From: Bacteroidales bacterium
Lineage (GTDB): Bacteria; Bacteroidota; Bacteroidia; Bacteroidales; WCHB1-69
DNA: 54,703 bases
Direction of reading: 5' to 3'
Assembly (NCBI GenBank): GCA_045598025.1
Contig: JAZLLH010000044.1
Span: 1 to 54,703, forward strand
Part shown: piece by piece, positions 17,006-26,196 of the stretch
Position numbering within the stretch: the stretch's first letter is position 1
Layout of the letters: each line of letters begins with the position of its first letter
Translations under genes and position numbers: made by a program
Notes under the pieces: model-generated
Told to the model about the DNA's origin: nothing
Seen by the model: only the letters and a program-made list of their open reading frames with translations
Databases searched by the model: none

Positions 17006-19774
17006 ATGGATACACAGCCAAAAAAATTATTTCTCATTGATGCGATGAGTTTGATTTACAGGGCGTATTATGCTTTGAACAAAAATCCGCGCATCAATTC
17101 CAAAGGCAAAAATACCTCGGCTACTCTGGGGTTCGCCAACTCTTTGTACGAAATCATCCGGAAGGAGCATCCTACTCATCTGGGGGTGGCATTTGACAGT
17201 TTCGGACCCACTTTACGTCATGCTGAATACAGTGACTACAAGGCAAACCGGGAAAGTACACCGGAGGATATTGTATCCTGTCTGCCCGATATCCGCAATC
17301 TGATCGCGGCTTTTCGCATTCCTTTGCTGGAATTGCCAGGCTACGAGGCTGATGATATCATAGGAACTGTGGCCAAGAGAGCCGAAAAAATGGGTTTTGA
17401 TGTCTACATGGTGACAGCCGACAAGGATTATGGTCAACTGGTATCCGAGCACATTTTTATGTACCGTCTTGCCCATTCCGGTGATGCTGCCAGCATTCTG
17501 GGAGAAAAGGAAATATGCGAAAAATACGGCATCCGTTATCCGGAACAGGTCATCGACCTGCTCGGGCTTTGGGGAGATGCTTCCGACAACATTCCCGGTA
17601 TCCGTGGGGTGGGGGAAGTGACGGCCAAAAAGCTGATTGCCCAGTTCGGTTCCATTGAGAATATGTTGGAGCATGCCGATGAAATCGCCAATGAGAAACT
17701 GCGTCTGAAAGTAGAAGAAGGACGGGAAAATGCTTTGAATTCCAAAATGTTGGCAACCATTATGCTGGATGTTCCTTTGGATTTGAATGAAGCGGACTTC
17801 CGGGTACAGTCGCCCGATTTTTCGCTGCTGCAGCCTTTGATGGAGGAATTGGAATTCCGTACCCTGCTCAAACGCATTCGGACAGATTATCCGGCCGAAG
17901 CGGCAAATGAACAGCATTTTCTGCCCGGTCTTTTCGATGAAGAAATATCCCCAGCCGAAAGCGAATCCGTTTTCCGGAATCTGCATCATATATCGCACGA
18001 TTACAGTATAATCAGTGATTTTGAATCCCTGCTGCTTTTGGGAGAGCGCATGGCATCTGTACAGGCTTTTTCTTTCGATACGGAAACCGACAGCCCGGAA
18101 GGGCCGGATGCGCATATTATAGGGCTTTCGGTATGCATGGAAGAGGGTTCAGCCTGTTTTGTGTCTTTTCCCGAAGCGGAGGATGAAGCCCGTATGTGGC
18201 TGACCATGCTGCAACCGGTCTTTGAAGACGAAAAAGTATGGAAAATAGCCCACAATCTCAAATCCGACCTGCAGGTCCTGATGCGCTACGGTATTCACTT
18301 GTCCGGTCCCTGTTTTGATACCATGCTGGCTCATTATCTCATTGAGCCGGAACAGAAGCATAACCTGGATCAGATAGCCCTGCAGTACCTCTCGTATGAA
18401 ACCGTTTCCTACAAGGAAATGCTGGGAGACCGCAAGCGTCTGAGCGATGTGTCACTGCCGGTTTTGAAAGATTATGCCTGCGAGTCTGCCGATATCACTT
18501 TCCGTCTGTACAGGGTATTTGCCCCTCTGTTGAAGGAAAGACAGGCCGAGACGCTCTTTGAACAGGTGGAGATGCCGCTGGTACCGGTGCTTGCTGCCAT
18601 GGAACGGAAAGGCGTGCGGGTCGATACCGTGTACCTGAAAACATATTCCGGTATACTTCAGGACCGCATCACAGCGATAGAGAACGAAATATACCGTTTG
18701 GCCGGAGAAACGTTCAACATCGCTTCACCCAAGCAATTGGGCGTAGTGCTTTTTGAAAAGCTCCACATCATTGAAAATGCCAAATTGACCAAAACCAAGC
18801 AATATCAGACGGGTGAGGAAGTGCTGCAGAAATTGGAGCATAAGCATCCGATAGTGCATCTGGTATTGGAATACAGAGGATTGCAAAAGCTGAAATCTAC
18901 CTATACGGATGCTTTTCCACAATTGGTTCATCCTCGGACAGGCAGGGTGCACACTTCCTTCAATCAGGCTGTCACTGCAACAGGCCGTTTGAGTTCCAGC
19001 AATCCTAACCTGCAGAACATTCCGGTCCGTAATGAAGAAGGTCGGGAAATCCGCAAGGCTTTTGTCCCGGCTGATGACGAACATTTGCTGCTGGCTGCCG
19101 ACTATTCCCAAATCGAATTGCGCATCATGGCTGCGATGAGCGGAGACAGGAATATGTGCCAGGCTTTCCGGGAAGGAGCGGATATTCATGCAGCTACGGC
19201 AGCCCGTATCTATGATGTAGCATTGGACGCTGTGGATCAGGACATGCGGCGCCGTGCCAAAACGGTCAATTTCGGCATTATTTACGGCATGTCGGCTTTC
19301 GGTTTGTCCGAACGCCTGGATATCCCGAGAAAGGAAGCGGCCGCCCTGATTGAACAGTATTTTGAAAAGTATCCGGGCATACGTCAGTATATGGAGAGCC
19401 AAAAGGCATTCGCTCTGGAGCACGGTTATGTGGAGACTCTCTGTCAGCGCCGTCGTTACCTGCCCGATATACAGTCGCGGAATTCCATTGTCCGCGGTGT
19501 GGCGGAACGCAATGCCGTCAACGCGCCCATACAGGGTTCGGCTGCCGACATGATCAAAATCGCCATGGTGAAGGTGTATCGTGAACTGGAAAAACGCAAA
19601 CTGCAGTCGGCCATAGTATTGCAGGTTCATGACGAATTGGTATTGGATGTATGCAAGCCGGAAATGGAAGAGGTGGAAAGCCTGGTGCGGGAAGCCATGT
19701 TGGGTGCCCTTCCCATCGGTCTGCCTTTGGAGGTGGACATCCGTTTCGGTAAAAACTGGTTAGAGGCTCATTAG
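17006..19774 (+). CDS. polA: DNA polymerase I
   Basis: 5'-3' exonuclease (LIDAMSLIYRAYY, EADD, GDASDNIPG), 3'-5' exonuclease-like domain, and polymerase motifs TGRLSS, DYSQIELR, R..AK.VNFG..YG, QGSAAD, QVHDE. Alternative start at 16991. Confidence 0.98.
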   Translation: MDTQPKKLFLIDAMSLIYRAYYALNKNPRINSKGKNTSATLGFANSLYEIIRKEHPTHLGVAFDSFGPTLRHAEYSDYKANRESTPEDIVSCLPDIRNLIAAFRIPLLELPGYEADDIIGTVAKRAEKMGFDVYMVTADKDYGQLVSEHIFMYRLAHSGDAASILGEKEICEKYGIRYPEQVIDLLGLWGDASDNIPGIRGVGEVTAKKLIAQFGSIENMLEHADEIANEKLRLKVEEGRENALNSKMLATIMLDVPLDLNEADFRVQSPDFSLLQPLMEELEFRTLLKRIRTDYPAEAANEQHFLPGLFDEEISPAESESVFRNLHHISHDYSIISDFESLLLLGERMASVQAFSFDTETDSPEGPDAHIIGLSVCMEEGSACFVSFPEAEDEARMWLTMLQPVFEDEKVWKIAHNLKSDLQVLMRYGIHLSGPCFDTMLAHYLIEPEQKHNLDQIALQYLSYETVSYKEMLGDRKRLSDVSLPVLKDYACESADITFRLYRVFAPLLKERQAETLFEQVEMPLVPVLAAMERKGVRVDTVYLKTYSGILQDRITAIENEIYRLAGETFNIASPKQLGVVLFEKLHIIENAKLTKTKQYQTGEEVLQKLEHKHPIVHLVLEYRGLQKLKSTYTDAFPQLVHPRTGRVHTSFNQAVTATGRLSSSNPNLQNIPVRNEEGREIRKAFVPADDEHLLLAADYSQIELRIMAAMSGDRNMCQAFREGADIHAATAARIYDVALDAVDQDMRRRAKTVNFGIIYGMSAFGLSERLDIPRKEAAALIEQYFEKYPGIRQYMESQKAFALEHGYVETLCQRRRYLPDIQSRNSIVRGVAERNAVNAPIQGSAADMIKIAMVKVYRELEKRKLQSAIVLQVHDELVLDVCKPEMEEVESLVREAMLGALPIGLPLEVDIRFGKNWLEAH

Positions 19775-19786
19775 ACGGAAAAGAAG

Positions 19787-21079
19787 ATGCTGAAGAAAAT
19801 ACTGGGAACATTCGGAACCCGCATTTTTTGTGCGTTGCTGAGTTTTGCTCTGGTCATTCTCAATGCCCGCTGTTTTGGCCGGGAAGGGGTGGGCTGCATC
19901 GGTCTGTTTGTGCTCGGTATCTCCATTCTGCAGATTCTGACATCCTTTGTGGGAGGACCGTCCCTGGTGTACCTTTTTCCCCGCCACGACCGTTTCCAAC
20001 TGATTTTTCTTTCCGTCACTACCAGCACGCTGGTCAATGTGTGTGGCTCAGCCTTCCTGCTTTTCTTCAATAAGGTGCCGCAGGAATACGCTTCGGCCTT
20101 GTACGTGGCATCGGTATGCTTTTCCCTATACTACGTAAACACTATGATACTGCTTTCCACTGAGCGCATCCGCTTGTATAACCTGCTGGCTGTGTTGCAG
20201 GTGGGACTGCTGGCTCTGCTGCTGCTGTTCCAGCTTTTCGTACTGAAACGGCAGGGAACCCGCTGTTATACGGATGCCTATGCCCTGACTTTCCTCCTTA
20301 TGGCGATACTGAGTTTCTGCTTGGTCGGGAAAGAGTTCCGGTGGGGGCATTTCCGGGGCATGGGGCTGTTGTTGAAAAAAATGCTTTCGTACGGTTTTGT
20401 CATACAGGTTGCCAATTTATCCCAATTGTTCAATTACCGTTTGAGTTACTATGTGGTTGATGGCTGTTTGGGCCGTTCGGCCCTGGGCCTTTTTGAAACA
20501 GGCAACAAACTTTCCGAATCGGTGTGGCTGTTGCCGAAAAGCGTTTCCACAGTACAGTATGCCCGAATTTCCAATGCGGGCGATGACAGGGCCTACGCCA
20601 GAAAAGTGACGCTGGCCTTTTTCAAAGTCACTCTGCTGTGTTCCCTGCTGCTGTCCCTGTGTCTGCTCTGCATACCGGCTGCTTGGATAGCCGCTGTTTT
20701 CGGTTGCGCTTTCGCTGCTGTCAAACCCTTGATGTACGTGTTGGCTGCCGGTATTGTGATATTTTCCGGAAACATCATTCTGTCTCATTATTTTTCCGGT
20801 TTGGGAAATTACAAAGTCAATACGGTAGCATCGCTGATAGGGCTGGCAGTGACGGTAGCCCTGCTGCTTCCGATGGCCTTTTTCCGGCCCTTCAGCGGCA
20901 TGATGCCGTTTCTGCAATCCATATGCTGCGTCAATGTCTGTTCCTACACTGCCAGTTTCCTCTATACACTATACCGTTTCCGTAAGGATTCCGGAGCCGT
21001 CTGGAAGGATTTTCTTCCGGAAAAAGAGGATGTAAGGCGCATGAAGGAGGAAATCCGTAAAATGCTGTATCGTCCATGA
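19787..21079 (+). CDS. Wzx/MOP-superfamily oligosaccharide flippase-like membrane protein
   Basis: About 12 hydrophobic segments, AR.FG.EG.G after TM1, and YG......SQLFNYRL, a typical polysaccharide-biosynthesis flippase layout. Confidence 0.75.
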   Translation: MLKKILGTFGTRIFCALLSFALVILNARCFGREGVGCIGLFVLGISILQILTSFVGGPSLVYLFPRHDRFQLIFLSVTTSTLVNVCGSAFLLFFNKVPQEYASALYVASVCFSLYYVNTMILLSTERIRLYNLLAVLQVGLLALLLLFQLFVLKRQGTRCYTDAYALTFLLMAILSFCLVGKEFRWGHFRGMGLLLKKMLSYGFVIQVANLSQLFNYRLSYYVVDGCLGRSALGLFETGNKLSESVWLLPKSVSTVQYARISNAGDDRAYARKVTLAFFKVTLLCSLLLSLCLLCIPAAWIAAVFGCAFAAVKPLMYVLAAGIVIFSGNIILSHYFSGLGNYKVNTVASLIGLAVTVALLLPMAFFRPFSGMMPFLQSICCVNVCSYTASFLYTLYRFRKDSGAVWKDFLPEKEDVRRMKEEIRKMLYRP

Positions 21080-22215
21080 AAACATTGAAAATTGTTCATT
21101 TGATGAGTTGGCAGCCCCAGCCGGATAATCCTTTATTGGGCAATTTCTGTATTCGTCTGTTGGAAGCAGTCGCCCCTTATACGGAGGCCGTTCTGCTTTC
21201 GGTGAAAGCGGATGGAGAAAAAGGTTTCCGTTTGTCGGAAACACTTTGTGGCTGCTATCGGAAAGTGGAAGTCCGCTATACCTCCCGGAACGGTTTTATG
21301 GAAAAATGCAGTAAATTCATCGCCTATCAGAAAGCCATGCGCTACGTGCGCAGGCGGATTTTCAAACCGGATCTGCTGCATCTGCACGTGGCCTTTCCGG
21401 CGGGCTGCATGGCCCTTTTCTGGAAATGCCGTTATGGTTTGCACTACGTGCTCAGCGAACACAGCTCCGAGTATTTTTTCCAGCGTCGGGGAGGCAGAAC
21501 CTTGCCTTTTCTCTGGCGGAAAATCGCCCAGCAGGCCGACGCGATATTCCCGGTCAGCCGTTGTCTGGCAGAAGCAATGGAGGCTTCCGGAATCCATCGT
21601 CCTTACCACATTGTACCTAATGTGGTGGACGAAGCATTTCTGTCCCGGAATCCCCAAACCCGCGAGGAGGGAAAACTGCGTTTGCTGCATGTTTCCTCTC
21701 TGGATGCGGAAACCAAGAATTTCGGAGGTCTGTTGCGGGTTATGGAGCGTCTGTCTCAGGAGTGTCCTTCGGTTGAACTCCGCGTCGTACACGATTTTCC
21801 CAATCCCAGATATGAAACCTGGGTACGTCAGCACGGATTGCAGGAAGTGGTCCGTTTTCTTGGGCCAAAGTCTGCCGAAGATTTGGCTGACGAATACGCC
21901 CATGCGGATGCACTGTTGATGTTTTCCGACATGGAGACATTTTCCTGTACGGTCATGGAAGCCCTGGCAGTCGGAATTCCCGTTTTTGCCACAAGGGTAG
22001 GAGCCGTACCCGAACTTTTGACCGAAGGTTGCGGTGCCATAGTGGAACCTAAGGATGAGGAGGCCTTGTTCCAACTCCTGCTCGCTTTTGCCGCCCGGCC
22101 TTTCCGGCCGGAGATGTCGAGCGTCAAATCCCACATCCGCAGGCTCTGTTCGCCTGAGAGCGTGGGCCGGATGATGGCAGAAACAATGAGTACTTTATAC
22201 ACATTCAAAAAATAG
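21076..22215 (+). CDS. Glycosyltransferase family 4 (GT-B)
   Basis: PDLLHLH, YVLSEHS, VPNVVD, and ETFSCTVMEALAVGIPVFATRVG (EX7E motif). ATGA overlap with the flippase. Confidence 0.9.
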   Translation: MKTLKIVHLMSWQPQPDNPLLGNFCIRLLEAVAPYTEAVLLSVKADGEKGFRLSETLCGCYRKVEVRYTSRNGFMEKCSKFIAYQKAMRYVRRRIFKPDLLHLHVAFPAGCMALFWKCRYGLHYVLSEHSSEYFFQRRGGRTLPFLWRKIAQQADAIFPVSRCLAEAMEASGIHRPYHIVPNVVDEAFLSRNPQTREEGKLRLLHVSSLDAETKNFGGLLRVMERLSQECPSVELRVVHDFPNPRYETWVRQHGLQEVVRFLGPKSAEDLADEYAHADALLMFSDMETFSCTVMEALAVGIPVFATRVGAVPELLTEGCGAIVEPKDEEALFQLLLAFAARPFRPEMSSVKSHIRRLCSPESVGRMMAETMSTLYTFKK

Positions 22216-22221
22216 TTGGAT

Positions 22222-23736
22222 ATGATTCATTTTTCAGAAAAAGATACCAGACAATGTGAGCAAAGAGGATTGTCACTTTCCGAATTGGAAAAGCAGATCC
22301 GTTGTCTGCAGCAATCCGGACATGCGGTCCGAGTGGAGCGTCCGGCCGTGCCGGGAGACGGCATCCGGGTATTGTCGGAAGAGGAATGCCGGGATTTGTC
22401 CCAACAGTACGTCTCCTTTTCTCAAGGAAAAAAACTGCTGAAGTTCGTGCCTGCTTCCGGTGCAGCCACCCGTATGTTCAAGCAGTGGTTCCAATGGGCG
22501 GACTCCATGTCTGAAAAAGAAGCGGAGCAATGGCTGCAGCGCTTGCCGCAATATCCTTTTCATGCCCTTTTGTCGGAACGCATGAACGAAGCCGGATTGT
22601 CTCTGGAAGAAGCCGTTGCCCGTCGGGATGCCTCTTCGGTGCTGCATTTTCTGCTGCATTCGGATGGTATGGGTTTCGGACAGATGCCCAAGGGCCTGTT
22701 GCCTTTTCATGTATACCGGGAGGAAGTACGTACGGCCTTTGAGGAACATTGGGTAGAAGGCATGGCCTATGCCTGCGGCAGCGATGGAGTGGTACGCATG
22801 CATTTTACCGTTTCACCGGAACATGAAGCGGCTTTTCGTAATCTGGCCGGCGTGCTGAAGAAAAAATACGAAAACGCAACGGGGAAGGTGTTCGAAGTGG
22901 AATTTTCCTGTCAGATGCCCTGTACGGATACCATTTCCCTGAACGGAGACGGCAGCCTGCATCGGACAGAGGATGGCAAGCTCGCTTTCCGGCCGGGTGG
23001 TCACGGAAGTCTTTTGCGCAATCTGGGCCACACGGATGCCGATGTGATTTTTGTGAAGAACATTGACAATGTGACGGTTGACGCGAATAAAGCGGACACC
23101 TTGCGTTACAAGCAGTGCCTGGGAGCACTATTGCTGTCCGTGCAGCAGCAAAGTTTTGATTTGTTGAAACGTTCGGAATCCGGAGCGGATGAAACGCTGC
23201 TTGCGGCAATGGAAAGCTTGCTTAAAAAAGAGTTGTACGTCGCTTTCCCATCTGATTATCCTACTTTTTCACTGGAAGAAAAGGTGGCTTTCTGTCGTCG
23301 GAAACTGCATCGTCCCATTCGGGTGTGCGGTATGGTGAAACGGGAAAAAGAGCCTGGCGGAGGACCTTTTTGGCTGTGCAGGAATGGAGAAGAAGCTACG
23401 CTTCAGATAGTGGAAACCTCTGAAATGGATCTGACTGATGCCGCCCAACAGCGTGCTTTGGACGATTCCCAATATTTCAATCCGGTAGACTTGGTCTGCG
23501 GACTGAAGGACTATAAGGGACAGGCCTTTGATTTGTTGCAGTTTGTCGATGAGGAACGCTATTTTACTGCCGAAAAATCCCAAGCCGGGAAAAACATCCG
23601 GGTTTTGGAGCATCCGGGTCTGTGGAACGGTTCCATGTCCGATTGGAATACTCTTTTCGTCGCGGTGCCGCTGAATACTTTCCATCCGGTGAAAACCGTG
23701 GAGGATCTGCTGCGTCCGGCTCATCGTAATGCCTAA
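22222..23736 (+). CDS. DUF4301 family protein (nucleotide-diphospho-sugar transferase fold)
   Basis: KFVPASGAATRMFK, PKGLLPFH, FRPGGHG, FVKNIDNV, RP.RVCGMV...EPGGGPF, FNPVDLVC, GLWNG.M..W and FHPVKT. Confidence 0.85.
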   Translation: MIHFSEKDTRQCEQRGLSLSELEKQIRCLQQSGHAVRVERPAVPGDGIRVLSEEECRDLSQQYVSFSQGKKLLKFVPASGAATRMFKQWFQWADSMSEKEAEQWLQRLPQYPFHALLSERMNEAGLSLEEAVARRDASSVLHFLLHSDGMGFGQMPKGLLPFHVYREEVRTAFEEHWVEGMAYACGSDGVVRMHFTVSPEHEAAFRNLAGVLKKKYENATGKVFEVEFSCQMPCTDTISLNGDGSLHRTEDGKLAFRPGGHGSLLRNLGHTDADVIFVKNIDNVTVDANKADTLRYKQCLGALLLSVQQQSFDLLKRSESGADETLLAAMESLLKKELYVAFPSDYPTFSLEEKVAFCRRKLHRPIRVCGMVKREKEPGGGPFWLCRNGEEATLQIVETSEMDLTDAAQQRALDDSQYFNPVDLVCGLKDYKGQAFDLLQFVDEERYFTAEKSQAGKNIRVLEHPGLWNGSMSDWNTLFVAVPLNTFHPVKTVEDLLRPAHRNA

Positions 23737-23739
23737 CTT

Positions 23740-25185
23740 ATGGAAACCGACCGAATATATCGTTTGTTGGGACATCTGTCCTTTCTGATTCTCTTCGCTT
23801 TTGCCTCGATATGGGCGGCCGCTCGCGTGTGTTATACCGATTCGGCCTACCAATTGTTCGATCTCGTCCAAACGGGCACATTTTCCGTCAATGACGGGCG
23901 TTTCAGCATGGTGGTGTCCGAATTGCTCCCTTTGCTGTGTCTGAAACTGCATCTGCCTTTGGGTTGTGTGGTGACAGCCTATTCGCTTTCCTTCCTTCTG
24001 ATGGCCTGCATCTGCTATTTGCTGGCTCTGTATGCGCTGAAAGACAAAGGCAGTGCGCTGCTCATGCTTCTGTTTTTCATCGGCATGAATGCCACCTTCA
24101 TTCACTGTATTTCTGAAACCTTTCAGCTGCTGTTTGCCGCTGCCTTGCTGTATGCAATGCTGTCGCACCGTCTGCAGCACAGGGGGAATACCTGCATATT
24201 ACTGTACGATGTATGCCTGTTAGGGCTTACTGCCTTTTGTGTGTTCATTCATCCGGTAGCCGTTTTCTTTATGGCTTTTATTTGGCTGTATGTCTGGGTA
24301 GACGAAAAATTCCGTTTGCGAAGGGAAACCGTTGTGGTTTTATTGTCTGCCATTGCCTGCACGGCGGCCAAATTTCTGATTCCTTCCAAGGGAGCTCACG
24401 ATGCCACTTTTCTGTTGCCTTTGCCCGAACTTCTGGCTCAATTGCCTAATTTTCTGCATTTTGGCAGTCTGCACTTTTTTAAAGCGCATTTGGGTAACTA
24501 TTATTTCCTTCCGGTTCTGATTTTTATCTGGACTTCTGTCCGTTATATCCGACATCGGATGGGCTGGAAGGCGTTTTTCTATATGGGGTTCAACCTGTTT
24601 TTTTTCTTCATAACCTTATGGATTTATTTTGCAGGAGATGGTCCCATCGGAATGGAGCGCTCCTTTTTGCCACTTTTCTTTTTTGTGGGATTGCCTTGGG
24701 TAAAGGAGGTACTGCCTGCGCTGGAAGAAAAGTCCGGAAAATGGGTGGCTCTGGTATTGGCTTGTGTGGTGCTGCTTTCTGTGGTTCGCATGGGCCTGTC
24801 GGTGTGTCATCAGCAGAAACGCCTGGACGACATAGATAAGGTATTGGTGCAAGCCCGCAAAGATGGTGCCCGCAAAGTGTTCGTTTCCCGTTCCGATGCA
24901 GATGCAATGGGCCTGGAATACTCTTGGGGAACCGCAGTGGAATCCTTGATTTACACAACGCTGCGCTATGGAAAGGACGGTTGCTCCAATTTGTTCATAT
25001 ACGAAGATTTGTCTCTTTTGCAAATCTACGAGTTGGGAACTACGGACCGTTTTGCCTTTGTTCCCTGGTGGATTTATCTGAAAATGGAGGATCTGAATAC
25101 GGATTATTTCCCTCTTCCGGAAGGGCCTTTCTATTTTATGCAGGGGAGTCCTGTGAAATTTATTCCGGCAAATACGGAAATGTAA
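23740..25185 (+). CDS. Polytopic membrane protein of unknown function, possibly GT-C fold
   Basis: About 10-11 hydrophobic helices, an acidic loop after TM1 (RVCYTDSAYQLFD), an ERSFLP motif and a soluble C-terminal tail. Confidence 0.55.
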   Translation: METDRIYRLLGHLSFLILFAFASIWAAARVCYTDSAYQLFDLVQTGTFSVNDGRFSMVVSELLPLLCLKLHLPLGCVVTAYSLSFLLMACICYLLALYALKDKGSALLMLLFFIGMNATFIHCISETFQLLFAAALLYAMLSHRLQHRGNTCILLYDVCLLGLTAFCVFIHPVAVFFMAFIWLYVWVDEKFRLRRETVVVLLSAIACTAAKFLIPSKGAHDATFLLPLPELLAQLPNFLHFGSLHFFKAHLGNYYFLPVLIFIWTSVRYIRHRMGWKAFFYMGFNLFFFFITLWIYFAGDGPIGMERSFLPLFFFVGLPWVKEVLPALEEKSGKWVALVLACVVLLSVVRMGLSVCHQQKRLDDIDKVLVQARKDGARKVFVSRSDADAMGLEYSWGTAVESLIYTTLRYGKDGCSNLFIYEDLSLLQIYELGTTDRFAFVPWWIYLKMEDLNTDYFPLPEGPFYFMQGSPVKFIPANTEM

Positions 25186-25198
25186 GACCGGAATTGAG

Positions 25199-25206
25199 TA
25201 TCTTTG
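25199..25206 (+). promoter_or_regulatory. -7 promoter element (TATCTTTG) for the transglutaminase-like/nspC/PMI genes
   Basis: Exact consensus match 13 nt after the previous stop. Confidence 0.6.
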
Positions 25207-25276
25207 CAGATTATCGCTAATTTTTTGAATTTTGAAGCGGGATATACACAAAACGAAGATTTCCAGATGGAAAACG

Positions 25277-26164
25277 ATGCCACGAGCTTTGCAGATAGGC
25301 TTGTCCTTGCTGCTTTTGGGAATCTCTTTCCTGTTTACTGCTTTTACGGTGCAGTTTGTTCCCCCGATTTTTTGGGGAGATGTGCAAATGGAGGTCTTTC
25401 TGTGCTGGGTGGGGTATTTCCTGTTGTTTGCTTTTCTGTTTCAGCTATTTTTCAAATATTGGAAGTACATAGCCATGGCAGCCGCTTTGTTGCCTGTACT
25501 GCTTTCGTTTTTTGGCGTGGGATGGAATTTCCCCACCCTGATGCGCAATGTAGGAGGTTATCTGACACACGCCCGCAACCGTATTTCGATGGAAGCCGAT
25601 ATCAAAGTGGCAGAAGGGGCCATAAGACCGCATGTCTCATTACAGCAGCGCATTCAGCACAAGGTTGATTCCAGCAATCCGGAGGTGCGAACTTTTGCCG
25701 TCCGGCATTCCCTGCTGTATTACGATGAATATTACAGCAAGTACGGACAGATTTGCCGTCAGTTTTCTCTGATCCGTTACATCAAGGAAAATTACAAGTA
25801 TGTCAGGGATCCCAATGGTGCGGATTATTTTGCCAGTCCTGTGGAAAGCATGGAACTGATGGCTGGTGATTGCGATGACTATTCCATACTGATGGCTTCG
25901 GTTTTGGGATCCATTGGTGTGAAAATGAGAATAGTGTGGGCTCCCAATCATGTGTATCCCGAAATGTTCTGCGGAGACCAGGCTTTGTTCGACAAATACG
26001 TCAGTGCCATATACACCATGTTTGCGGAACGCATAGGGAACAAGCGGATCAATTACCGCTTGGACAAAAATGGAGATTATTGGCTGAATCTGGATTATAC
26101 CGATCAGTATCCGGGATCGGCTTATTTTTCGGAAGAAGTCCTTTCCATCATCTATATGAAATGA
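25277..26164 (+). CDS. Membrane-anchored transglutaminase-like (Cys-His-Asp) protein
   Basis: Three N-terminal TM helices, then YVRDP, GDCDDYSIL (Cys), HVYPE (His) and WLNLD (Asp). The start may be TTG 25232. Confidence 0.75.
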   Translation: MPRALQIGLSLLLLGISFLFTAFTVQFVPPIFWGDVQMEVFLCWVGYFLLFAFLFQLFFKYWKYIAMAAALLPVLLSFFGVGWNFPTLMRNVGGYLTHARNRISMEADIKVAEGAIRPHVSLQQRIQHKVDSSNPEVRTFAVRHSLLYYDEYYSKYGQICRQFSLIRYIKENYKYVRDPNGADYFASPVESMELMAGDCDDYSILMASVLGSIGVKMRIVWAPNHVYPEMFCGDQALFDKYVSAIYTMFAERIGNKRINYRLDKNGDYWLNLDYTDQYPGSAYFSEEVLSIIYMK

Positions 26165-26196
26165 TTCTTTTGTGTTCAGATGAAATGTAAATAATT

